Source of the DNA: Fidelibacterota bacterium CG08_land_8_20_14_0_20_45_22
GTDB lineage: Bacteria > Fidelibacterota > UBA2242
NCBI GenBank assembly: GCA_002774355.1
Contig: PEYN01000018.1
Location: 91-64,090 of the forward strand
Direction: 5' to 3'
Length of the DNA: 64,000 nt
Shown piece by piece: positions 55,977-63,365 of the stretch. The notes under the pieces were generated by a model. The model was not told the DNA's origin and did not search any database. It saw only the letters and a list, made by a program, of their open reading frames with translations. Within the stretch, counting starts at the first letter, position 1. Every line of letters begins with the position of its first letter. The translations under genes and the position numbers were made by a program.

Positions 55977-56310
55977 TTTTTAATTCGGGAAGTTTACCGG
56001 TGCGATATTGTGCAAGAGCCTCGGCTATCGTCAAATTCTCCGCTGTAAAAATTTTAATCCCGGCGGCAGAAAGTACGCTGAAAGCCTTTGGCCCGCAATT
56101 TCCGGACACCAGTGCCTGCACTCCCAAGCGCGCAATGGCTTCCGCCGATTGGACGCCAGCGCCCTGTACCGTATTCTGGCTCTGCAGATTATCAAACAAT
56201 TTGTAAGATTCGTTGTCCAAATCATAGACGAGAAATAGCGGCGCTCGACCAAACCGGTTGTCTAAAAGAGAACTCAAATCATTTCCTGATGTTGTAAAAG
56301 CAATTTTCAT
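55954..56310 (-). CDS. NifX/NafY-like FeMo-cofactor-binding domain protein (Nitro_FeMo-Co), second copy
   Basis: MKIAFTTSGNDLSSLLDNRFGRAPLFLVYDLD...ALVSGNCGPKA pattern of PF02579; 118 aa. Confidence 0.8.
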   Translation of the reverse strand: MKIAFTTSGNDLSSLLDNRFGRAPLFLVYDLDNESYKLFDNLQSQNTVQGAGVQSAEAIARLGVQALVSGNCGPKAFSVLSAAGIKIFTAENLTIAEALAQYRTGKLPELKSDDVEGH

Positions 56311-56374
56311 AAACTTTCCCCTTCTTCTCCCGATTGGGATTAAAAGCGGGTTAACATTTACGATCGTAAAGTTA

Positions 56375-57100
56375 CTAGATTTTTACCTGTTTTACGATGG
56401 CTTTCATCACCTTTTCTTTGTCGATTTCTTTAAGGCAGAAGAACCAATCGAGACATTTGATTCCTTCCTTGCCTTCCATGCGCTCTTTGGCAACGCCGCA
56501 AGAACCGGCTGTCGGAACAATGACGTCATCACCCGGGCGCCAATCCGCCGGAGTCGCTATTGAAAATGCATCCGCAGTCTGCAATGCTGTGACAACACGA
56601 AGCAACTCATCAAAATTACGTCCCAAGCTGAGCGGATAGTAAATAATCGTACGGATAATGCCTTTGGGATCGATCACGAAGACGGCGCGTACCGCTTTTG
56701 TTGGACTTTCGCCCGGCATCATCATTCCGTATTTTTTGGCAACTTCCATGGTGATATCTTCGATCAAAGGAAATTTAACCTCGACATTCTTCATGCCTTT
56801 GTATTCGATTTTTTCCTTGATGGTGCGAAGCCAGGCAATGTGGCTGTATAAACCGTCCACAGAAAGCCCAACTAATTTGCAATTCAGTTTGGCAAATTGA
56901 TCTTCCATCGAAGCAAAAGTCATGAATTCTGAGGTACAAACTGGTGTAAAATCAGCCGGATGGCTAAACAGGATTACCCAGCTTCCCAAATACTGATCCG
57001 GGAAGTTGATCTCACCCTGCGTGGTAACGGCCTTGAAAGCAGGGGCCATGTCGCCGATGCGTGGCATTGACACATTCTGATTTTCTTTGTTTATTTCCAT
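56375..57100 (-). CDS. 1-Cys peroxiredoxin (Prx6-like)
   Basis: DFTPVCTSEF peroxidatic Cys motif; 241 aa length typical of the Prx6 subfamily. Confidence 0.9.
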   Translation of the reverse strand: MEINKENQNVSMPRIGDMAPAFKAVTTQGEINFPDQYLGSWVILFSHPADFTPVCTSEFMTFASMEDQFAKLNCKLVGLSVDGLYSHIAWLRTIKEKIEYKGMKNVEVKFPLIEDITMEVAKKYGMMMPGESPTKAVRAVFVIDPKGIIRTIIYYPLSLGRNFDELLRVVTALQTADAFSIATPADWRPGDDVIVPTAGSCGVAKERMEGKEGIKCLDWFFCLKEIDKEKVMKAIVKQVKI

Positions 57101-57189
57101 ACATTTTCTCCTTTTTTATTGGTTAGAGTCGCCTAAGCCGCGCCGGTTTCAAAACCGGCACGGCTTAGTTAACAAGTGATGGTACTTGA

Positions 57190-57546
57190 TCAGGTTTCTT
57201 TTCCCTTTTCAATCGTCGCAAGTCGTTTTTTCACTTCATCGAGTTCCGATTTTAGAAAATCAGATTGGTTGATTAGGGCTTGTTTTTCCGTCTCCGGATC
57301 AGGGTTCTGGTACGGCGAGGGGTATCCGTAAGGCACGTTATATCCGCTAAACCTTTGCCAGCCCGGTAACCCGTTGCCATAAAACCCGTGCCGGAATCCA
57401 CGTCCCCAGCCGCCACGGCCCATTCCGAAACCGCGTCCTGGCACTGGATTTGCGTATCCCGGTGCTCCGTTTCCCGCGCAGAATCCGGCCGCGCGTCCGG
57501 TCATTGGGCCCATTCCCATCGGACCCGTTCGATCTCCTCTTGGCAT
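57190..57546 (-). CDS. DUF5320-family Gly/Arg-rich protein
   Basis: N-terminal MPRGDRTGPMGMGPMTGRAAGFCAGNG motif typical of DUF5320, C-terminal coiled-coil (LKSELDEVKKRLATIEKG). Confidence 0.6.
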   Translation of the reverse strand: MPRGDRTGPMGMGPMTGRAAGFCAGNGAPGYANPVPGRGFGMGRGGWGRGFRHGFYGNGLPGWQRFSGYNVPYGYPSPYQNPDPETEKQALINQSDFLKSELDEVKKRLATIEKGKET

Positions 57547-57578
57547 AGTTATGATCTCCTTTCTTATAGATTAACTAT

Positions 57579-58187
57579 TTATTGTCTTGTCATTGCCGAA
57601 CCGCAGTTCGGGCATTTTTGTTCAAAGCAGGGAATACCGCGCCGATGCGGTTCTCTTCGTCCGCATACCGGACAGACGCAATAGTCACTTGGGTCGGCGG
57701 CCTCAAGGACGCTCACGCGCCCGAACCCTTGACCCCTTCTGCCCTGACCACGATTAGCGCCTTGTCCTGTTCTGCCCGGTCTTCTTCCTTTTACTGGAAA
57801 AATTTCGTTATAAGTACCATACATTTGCCCAAACTGATAGCGCCTTCGCCCGTAACAACCCGGCATGGCGAAAACATTCCAATCGGAACGTTTGGTAAGC
57901 CAAGCCTGGATGATTTCGTCGAGATCACCTGCTACAAACGGAATAACATAGATTCCGTGAGCAATGATGGTTTCATGTAAAGGTCGGGAGATTGCTCCGC
58001 AAACCAGCACCTCAATGCCCAATTCTTTTAATCGAGCGGCTTTCATGGCTGGAGTTAAATCGATAGGTATAAATTCCTGTTCTAATGAAATGACGCGTCC
58101 ACTTTCGGTCTCAGCGATGTGAATTTGTCCCGCAGTGTCGAAGACTGGCGCTATCCGATTGTTCCAGATTGTAAAGGCTACTTTCAT
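57579..58187 (-). CDS. NifX/NafY-like FeMo-cofactor-binding domain protein with Gly/Arg-rich linker and C-terminal zinc-ribbon
   Basis: N-terminal MKVAFTIWNNRIAPVFDTAGQIHIAE...VLVCGAIS (Nitro_FeMo-Co), RG-rich segment (GRRPGRTGQGANRGQGRRGQGFGR), CVCPVCG...CPNCG ribbon. Confidence 0.75.
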   Translation of the reverse strand: MKVAFTIWNNRIAPVFDTAGQIHIAETESGRVISLEQEFIPIDLTPAMKAARLKELGIEVLVCGAISRPLHETIIAHGIYVIPFVAGDLDEIIQAWLTKRSDWNVFAMPGCYGRRRYQFGQMYGTYNEIFPVKGRRPGRTGQGANRGQGRRGQGFGRVSVLEAADPSDYCVCPVCGRREPHRRGIPCFEQKCPNCGSAMTRQ

Positions 58188-58224
58188 ATTTCACAGTTCC
58201 AATTCATAATTTCAACAATATTTA

Positions 58225-58241
58225 AAGCATTTATCATGCCA
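58225..58241 (-). promoter_or_regulatory. Candidate sigma-54 (-24/-12) promoter for the NifX-like/DUF5320/peroxiredoxin operon
   Basis: Minus strand reads TGGCATGATAAATGCTT: GG and GC spaced as in the TGGCAC-N5-TTGC consensus. Lies about 40 nt upstream of the 58187 start codon and 135 nt downstream of the sigma-54 activator gene. Confidence 0.45.
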
Positions 58242-58374
58242 GAACAAAATATCCCTACTTTTCATCGCACAACTATCTGAAATATAGCAAGTTAAAAAAC
58301 TGCTTCTTTTAAATCACTGCGATTATATAGTAGCCTTGGCGCTACTCTGTCACCCTGCGATGGTTGCAGATATG

Positions 58375-59736
58375 TTATGATTTACGATGGGAGCGGCCGT
58401 CTTTTTCCGGCAATGAAATCCCGAGTTTTTTCATGCGGCGGAATAAGGTGGTCTTGTGAATGCCAAGTTCTTTCGCCGCCGCCGCCCGATTGAAATTATT
58501 GCGTTCGAGAGCGGACTGAATAGACTGGGAGTCGAGCAAATTGTGGGCAGAGCGGATCGTAGACAAACTTGAGTTTTTTGTGTAATGTGCCGTCAGTTCT
58601 TCGGGCAGGTGAGTCAGCAGAATATAGCCCTCATTACAAAGAATGAACGAGCGTTCGATTACATTTTCCAGTTCACGGACATTGCCCGGCCAGTCATGCG
58701 CCATTAGTAACGAGAGCGCTTCGGAGGAGATGCCTTTGATTGATTTCTGCCAGAGTTGGTTGAAGCGCCGGATAAATTGCCCAGTAATCAGCGGAATATC
58801 TTCTTTCCGGTGGCGGAGCGGCGGCAGGTCGACGCGCACAACGTTTACGCGATAGTAAAGATCGTCGCGGAATGTGCCAGCCTTCATCATTTCTGTCAAA
58901 TCCTTGTTAGTAGCAACAATAATCCGCGCGTCGGCGGTTTCAGAGCGGGTCGAACCGAGTGGCTCATAGATGTGATCCTGAAGTACCCGTAGAAGTTTGA
59001 CTTGCAACGCCGGGCTGATTTCACCGATTTCGTCGAGAAACAGTGTTCCGCCTTTGGCTAATGCAAAGCGTCCCGGTTTGTCTTTGTTAGCTCCGGTAAA
59101 CGCACCCTTTTTATAACCAAACAGTTCTGATTCCAGTAATTCGTCGGGTAATGCGCCGCAATTGACCGCGATGAATGGCCCTTTACGGCGCGGACTCAAA
59201 TGATGAACCGTCCTTGCGATCAATTCCTTGCCGGTTCCGGTTTCGCCGATTATCAAGACCGTGCTCGGGCTGGCGGCAATTGCCGGAAGCACTTCAAATA
59301 TTTTTTGCATCAAGGGACTACGACTGACAATATCGCCAAAAGTCATTTTGGCATGTAGTTCCTGGCGTAAAGTTTCGATTTCGCTCAAATCCCGAAAAGT
59401 CTCAGCCCCGCCGATGATGTAACCTTCTCCATCTTTCAGTACGGCGGTCGATATACTGATGGGTATGCGGGAGCCGTCCGCCTTAATAATGTAGGCGGAT
59501 TTGCCAATGATCGGCTTGCCGGTTTTTAATGTTTTCTGTAGGGCGCAGTCGGTTCCACAGAGGCTGGAGCGAAATACTTCCGAACAGCGTTGGCCAATCG
59601 CCTCTTCTCGCGTAACCCCGGTGATTTCTTCCGCCGCTCGATTAAAAGACGAAATGCGCCAATTGGAATCTACCGTAAAGACGCCATCGGAGATGCTTTC
59701 CAGAATATTTTCGATCATTTCAGGTTTCAGCGACAT
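58375..59736 (-). CDS. Sigma-54-dependent transcriptional activator with N-terminal PAS domain (YgeV-like)
   Basis: PAS N-terminus; AAA+ sigma-54 interaction domain (GETGTGKE Walker A, GAFTGA loop, DEIGE Walker B); C-terminal Fis-type HTH. Confidence 0.9.
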   Translation of the reverse strand: MSLKPEMIENILESISDGVFTVDSNWRISSFNRAAEEITGVTREEAIGQRCSEVFRSSLCGTDCALQKTLKTGKPIIGKSAYIIKADGSRIPISISTAVLKDGEGYIIGGAETFRDLSEIETLRQELHAKMTFGDIVSRSPLMQKIFEVLPAIAASPSTVLIIGETGTGKELIARTVHHLSPRRKGPFIAVNCGALPDELLESELFGYKKGAFTGANKDKPGRFALAKGGTLFLDEIGEISPALQVKLLRVLQDHIYEPLGSTRSETADARIIVATNKDLTEMMKAGTFRDDLYYRVNVVRVDLPPLRHRKEDIPLITGQFIRRFNQLWQKSIKGISSEALSLLMAHDWPGNVRELENVIERSFILCNEGYILLTHLPEELTAHYTKNSSLSTIRSAHNLLDSQSIQSALERNNFNRAAAAKELGIHKTTLFRRMKKLGISLPEKDGRSHRKS

Positions 59737-59760
59737 TTCATTCCAAAGTTAACTAATTTT

Positions 59761-59903
59761 CACCACAGAGAGTATTTTGCCGCGGATTAGCGCGGATAAA
59801 TCAATAATATTTATAGACTCTTTGCTAATATATGGTGTAGAGTTTTTCGTTTTTTTTGTGTTATTGATATAAAGAGATTTTTCTCTGTGTACTCTGTGGT
59901 GAG
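59761..59903. repeat. ORF-less 143-bp MITE-like derivative of the GxxExxY-carrying element, between the sigma-54 activator and ygeW-like genes
   Basis: Termini CACCACAGAGAGTA (59761-59774) and CTCTGTGTACTCTGTGGTGAG (59884-59903) are inverted repeats. They match the termini of the 45561..46047 element (CACCACAGAG..., ...CTCTGTGTACTCTATGG). Internal palindrome CCGCGGATTAGCGCGG. Confidence 0.55.
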
Positions 59904-59913
59904 TTTAAAAACA

Positions 59914-60936
59914 TTACGGTCTTCCGCCCATCGTCAGCGCCATGACGGCTTTCGCGGTATGCAGACGGTTTTCGGCTTCGTCGTAAATGATCGCCGCTGG
60001 TCCGTCAATGACTTCATCGGCGACTTCTTTGCCGCGATCGGCGGGCAGGGCGTGCATGTATTTGACTTCTGGTGCGGCGAGTTTCATCCGGCGGGCGTCG
60101 CAAATCCAATCGGTATGTTTTTCGAGATTGGTCTTCATCTCTTTGCGACACTCTTCTTCATTTTGGTTGTACTCGTCGAATTCATAGTTGCCGAATCCGC
60201 CCCAGTTTTTCGGGATGACAATCTGAGCGCTACGGAATCCCTCATCCATGTTGTCGGTGAATGACAGTTTGCCGCCATTCAGCCGGGTGTTTTCCTGCGC
60301 CTGGGCGACATATTCCTTTTTTAATGGAAATTCTTTCGGCGCGGCGACCGTCACGTCCATACCGAAACGCGGAAAGAGCAGAATTTGCGAAAGCGGTACG
60401 GAGAGCGGTTTAGCGTGACTGGTGGCGTACGCCCAGGAAATCGTGACTTTCAAGCCATGCAAATTTTGCCCGAAATATTCCTGCATCGTCATCAAATCGG
60501 CGATTACCTGCATGGGGTGAAAAATATCATCCTGCAACGAGAGAATCGGCACGGACGAGAATTGCGCCAATTCACGTAGATATTTGTTGCCGATGCCGTA
60601 GAAGCAATTGCGGCAGGCGATGCCGTGTCCCATGCGCGAAAGCACCATGGCAGTATCCTTAGCCGATTCGCCGTGTGAAAGTTGCATTTTGTCGGGTGTC
60701 AAGTCATGGGCATGGCCGCCGAGTTGAGTCATGCCGGCTTCCATCGAATTGCGCGTGCGCGTGGATTGCTCAAAAAACATCATGAAAAGCGTCTTGTCCT
60801 GCAATAGCCGATGCGGCTCACCGAGCGCGAATTTGCGCTTGAGGTCAGCGGCAACCCCGAGCACCATATTGATTTCGTTTTTTGTCCATTCATTAAAAGT
60901 GATGAGGTGTTTCCCTCGTAAAAGAGTCTCGTTCAT
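59914..60936 (-). CDS. YgeW-family carbamoyltransferase (ATCase/OTCase superfamily; oxamate carbamoyltransferase-like)
   Basis: STRTR carbamoyl-phosphate motif; WAYATSHAKPLSVP and MHALPADRG segments closely resemble E. coli YgeW (WAYSPSYGKPLSVP, MHCLPAD). Confidence 0.85.
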   Translation of the reverse strand: MNETLLRGKHLITFNEWTKNEINMVLGVAADLKRKFALGEPHRLLQDKTLFMMFFEQSTRTRNSMEAGMTQLGGHAHDLTPDKMQLSHGESAKDTAMVLSRMGHGIACRNCFYGIGNKYLRELAQFSSVPILSLQDDIFHPMQVIADLMTMQEYFGQNLHGLKVTISWAYATSHAKPLSVPLSQILLFPRFGMDVTVAAPKEFPLKKEYVAQAQENTRLNGGKLSFTDNMDEGFRSAQIVIPKNWGGFGNYEFDEYNQNEEECRKEMKTNLEKHTDWICDARRMKLAAPEVKYMHALPADRGKEVADEVIDGPAAIIYDEAENRLHTAKAVMALTMGGRP

Positions 60937-60946
60937 ATCAAACCTT

Positions 60947-61372
60947 TCATGTTAACCGCGGAGGACGCTGAGAACGCAGAGTTTCTCCTTGATAATTGTT
61001 GACAATTCTTTTTATTCCATTTTTAAGTATGCTTGAATTGAAGTTAATCAACAACCCTACTTGTAGTTTTGAGATTTTTAAGTAATTCAGTAGTTGCGCC
61101 TGATCGATATTGGTCAGTTCGTTGACGGCTTTACACTCAACCACCAATTGGTCGTCGATAAAAAAGTCGCAACGAAAACCTTTTTCTATCACTATGTCAG
61201 CATATTTAACGGACAGATATTTTTCCTTTTCAAATTTCATTCCGGCTTCCTGCATTTCACAAGCCAGGGCGGCCTGATAAACCGATTCCAAAAACCCGGG
61301 GCCAAGATTGCGGTGAACCTTAATCGCTAAACCGATTACTGTTTCCGTCAGTTGGTTTATATCTTCAAACAT
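60947..61372 (-). CDS. GxxExxY-family protein (second copy)
   Basis: GLAIKVHRNLGPGFLESVYQAALACEM...RCDFFIDDQLVVECKA contains the GxxExxY signature; paralog of 45613..45999. Confidence 0.85.
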   Translation of the reverse strand: MFEDINQLTETVIGLAIKVHRNLGPGFLESVYQAALACEMQEAGMKFEKEKYLSVKYADIVIEKGFRCDFFIDDQLVVECKAVNELTNIDQAQLLNYLKISKLQVGLLINFNSSILKNGIKRIVNNYQGETLRSQRPPRLT

Positions 61373-61405
61373 AAAATTGCTCCGTGCCCTCTGCGTCCTC
61401 GGCGG
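60958..61405 (-). mobile_element. Second GxxExxY-carrying inverted-repeat element, inserted between the M20 peptidase and carbamoyltransferase genes
   Basis: GCGGAGGACGCTGAGAACGCAGAG (60958-60981) pairs with the reverse complement of CTCCGTGCCCTCTGCGTCCTCGGCGG (61380-61405). IR-L encodes the C-terminal tail QGETLRSQRPPRLT of the GxxExxY ORF. Confidence 0.45.
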
Positions 61406-61406
61406 T

Positions 61407-62603
61407 TTATTTCCCGCGGCTCAGATTTGCGACCAGTCCGGCGTAGAAAGCCGCGGCTTGCCAGAGGTGCTCGACCGGCGTCCATTCGTTCGGGGCGTGG
61501 GCTTGCTCCTCGAATCCCGGCCCGAAGCCGATGCACGGTATACCATGCACGCCGCGAATCGTCACACCATTGGTCGAGAAAGTCCACTTGTCGACAACCG
61601 GCTCCTTTGCGAACAGGTTGCGGTAGTTTTCAATTCCAGCCTGAACGAGAGGGTGGTCGGTTTCCAGTTTCCAGGTTGGGAAATATTTTTCCATTGGATA
61701 GACTTTTCCGGTGAATGCCTTTTCCCGGTAAACCGGCAATTCGACTTTGGCGTCAATTTTCAGTTTTTCAATGATAGCACGAATTTCCGCTAACGCTGAT
61801 TCCTTCGTCTCGCCCCAGGTCAGGCGGCGGTCGAGATAGATCGAACAATAATCTGGCACGGCACATAATGACGGACTGATAGATTTTATCTGGCTTAGCA
61901 CGACGGTGCCTTTGCCGAGAAATTCATCGAATGCCAGACGTTCGTTGAGCAGTTCAATTTCTTTTATCAGCGGTGCGATTTTGTAAACGGCGTTGTCGCC
62001 GCGTTCCGGCGCGGAGCCGTGCGCGGAAAGTCCGACGACGGAGATTTCGATTTCCATGCGTCCGCGCTGACCGCGATAAATCCGACAGCCGGTTGGTTCG
62101 GTGCTGACGGCGAAGTCGGGGCGGAGGTGGTCTTCATTGACAATATAATTCCAGCACAAGCCGTCGCAATCTTCTTCCATGACCGAACCGACGAAATAGA
62201 CAGTGCAATCTCTGGCGAGGTCGAATTCCATAATAATGCGTGCCGCCGCCAGCATAGACGCCATGCCGCCTTTCTGGTCAGCTACGCCGCGCCCCCAGAC
62301 CTTGCCGTCTTTCACATGACCATCGAACGGATCGAACTGCCACAGACTACGGTTGCCGACATCCACGGTGTCTATGTGAGCGTCGAAAGCGATTTTGACT
62401 GGACCATTGCCGAGGCGCCCGATGATGTTGCCGATGCCGTCGATGATTATTTCATCGAAGCCGATGTCTTCCATTTCCTTTTTTATTCGGCTAATTACAT
62501 TTCCCTCTTGGCCACTCAGTGAGGGAATCGAGGCAAGTTCAGCCAGGAAATTGGCTGTAGAATGATCTAAGCCTTTAGCAAGCCTTATGATTTTTGTTTT
62601 CAT
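61407..62603 (-). CDS. M20-family peptidase, YgeY-like
   Basis: Long collinear similarity to E. coli YgeY (e.g. MEEDCDGLCWNYIV, YRGQRGRMEIEI, HGSAPERGDNA, VVDKWTFSTNGV, HAPNEW). Start placed at the internal Met MKTKIIRL (62603). Confidence 0.85.
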   Translation of the reverse strand: MKTKIIRLAKGLDHSTANFLAELASIPSLSGQEGNVISRIKKEMEDIGFDEIIIDGIGNIIGRLGNGPVKIAFDAHIDTVDVGNRSLWQFDPFDGHVKDGKVWGRGVADQKGGMASMLAAARIIMEFDLARDCTVYFVGSVMEEDCDGLCWNYIVNEDHLRPDFAVSTEPTGCRIYRGQRGRMEIEISVVGLSAHGSAPERGDNAVYKIAPLIKEIELLNERLAFDEFLGKGTVVLSQIKSISPSLCAVPDYCSIYLDRRLTWGETKESALAEIRAIIEKLKIDAKVELPVYREKAFTGKVYPMEKYFPTWKLETDHPLVQAGIENYRNLFAKEPVVDKWTFSTNGVTIRGVHGIPCIGFGPGFEEQAHAPNEWTPVEHLWQAAAFYAGLVANLSRGK

Positions 62604-62649
62604 TTTGCCAGATTCCTTATTTAATCCTTTCTGCAAGGCGCAATGCTCC

Positions 62650-62904
62650 TCAATATTTTTTCCCGATGGCAAATTCCGCTCCCAGGGTCATGTATTGGTT
62701 AACGTAATTGAAATCGATCTCTTGTTCTAAAAAAGCATTCGATCCGCCGAATTGGGCGAAAAACTTTAGATTTTCCCTGCCAATTTTGAAGGTGATTGAC
62801 GGTTCATAAAACCAATAGCCCTTGCTGTTAGGTCTATTCTTGCCATTATAGTGAAAATCCGCAAACGAGACGTATGAGTTGCGCCACGAGTATGCCATTT
62901 CCAC
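62650..62904 (-). CDS. Hypothetical beta-strand-rich protein (GTG start), possibly the C-terminal part of a frameshifted outer-membrane protein
   Basis: Alternating hydrophobic pattern, C-terminal aromatic residue; separated by 5 nt and a +1 frame change from the upstream lipoprotein ORF. Confidence 0.25.
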   Translation of the reverse strand: MEMAYSWRNSYVSFADFHYNGKNRPNSKGYWFYEPSITFKIGRENLKFFAQFGGSNAFLEQEIDFNYVNQYMTLGAEFAIGKKY

Positions 62905-62909
62905 GATCC

Positions 62910-63359
62910 TTAGAGAGTAATGCCAAGATCCGATTGAATGAAAAAGCGCCGATATTTACCCTGATTAATAGAAGAACCAATCTCAAAATCATACGATTTA
63001 GTCATTCCCACGCCATAGCCGCTGAAGATTTCAAATACGAACAGCTTTTCATAAGGAAAGAATAATCCAGTTCCGATTTCTCCGTACCAATGCCTGTAAC
63101 AATCTGACTGGGCATCTTCGCTACGCTTGAAATACCCGCCATTTGCCATAAGAGCAAGGTGTTTTGAAAATGAATGGGCGGTCAATAATTCGAAGCCAAT
63201 GCCGGGGGTGGGACAGAAAGTCAAATGGGTTTCATTGGAGCTATTCAACAATGGGACGTTGCGGGTGTCGGGCGTGTAAATCGGATTACAAGAGAAGAAG
63301 ACTAATACAATACAGAATAGAACCAATTTATTCATTTTGGGAATGGTTGAATCTCCCAT
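62910..63359 (-). CDS. Hypothetical lipoprotein
   Basis: Signal peptide with lipobox-like VFFSC; no recognised domains. Confidence 0.4.
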   Translation of the reverse strand: MGDSTIPKMNKLVLFCIVLVFFSCNPIYTPDTRNVPLLNSSNETHLTFCPTPGIGFELLTAHSFSKHLALMANGGYFKRSEDAQSDCYRHWYGEIGTGLFFPYEKLFVFEIFSGYGVGMTKSYDFEIGSSINQGKYRRFFIQSDLGITL

Positions 63360-63365
63360 AAGGTT

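Noticed and set aside
59775-59890. Hidden small ORF or sRNA gene inside the 143-bp mini-element
   Set aside because: No ORF of meaningful length in any frame. The internal palindrome CCGCGGATTAGCGCGG is more consistent with a protein-binding site or a remnant than a gene. Left as part of the repeat element finding.
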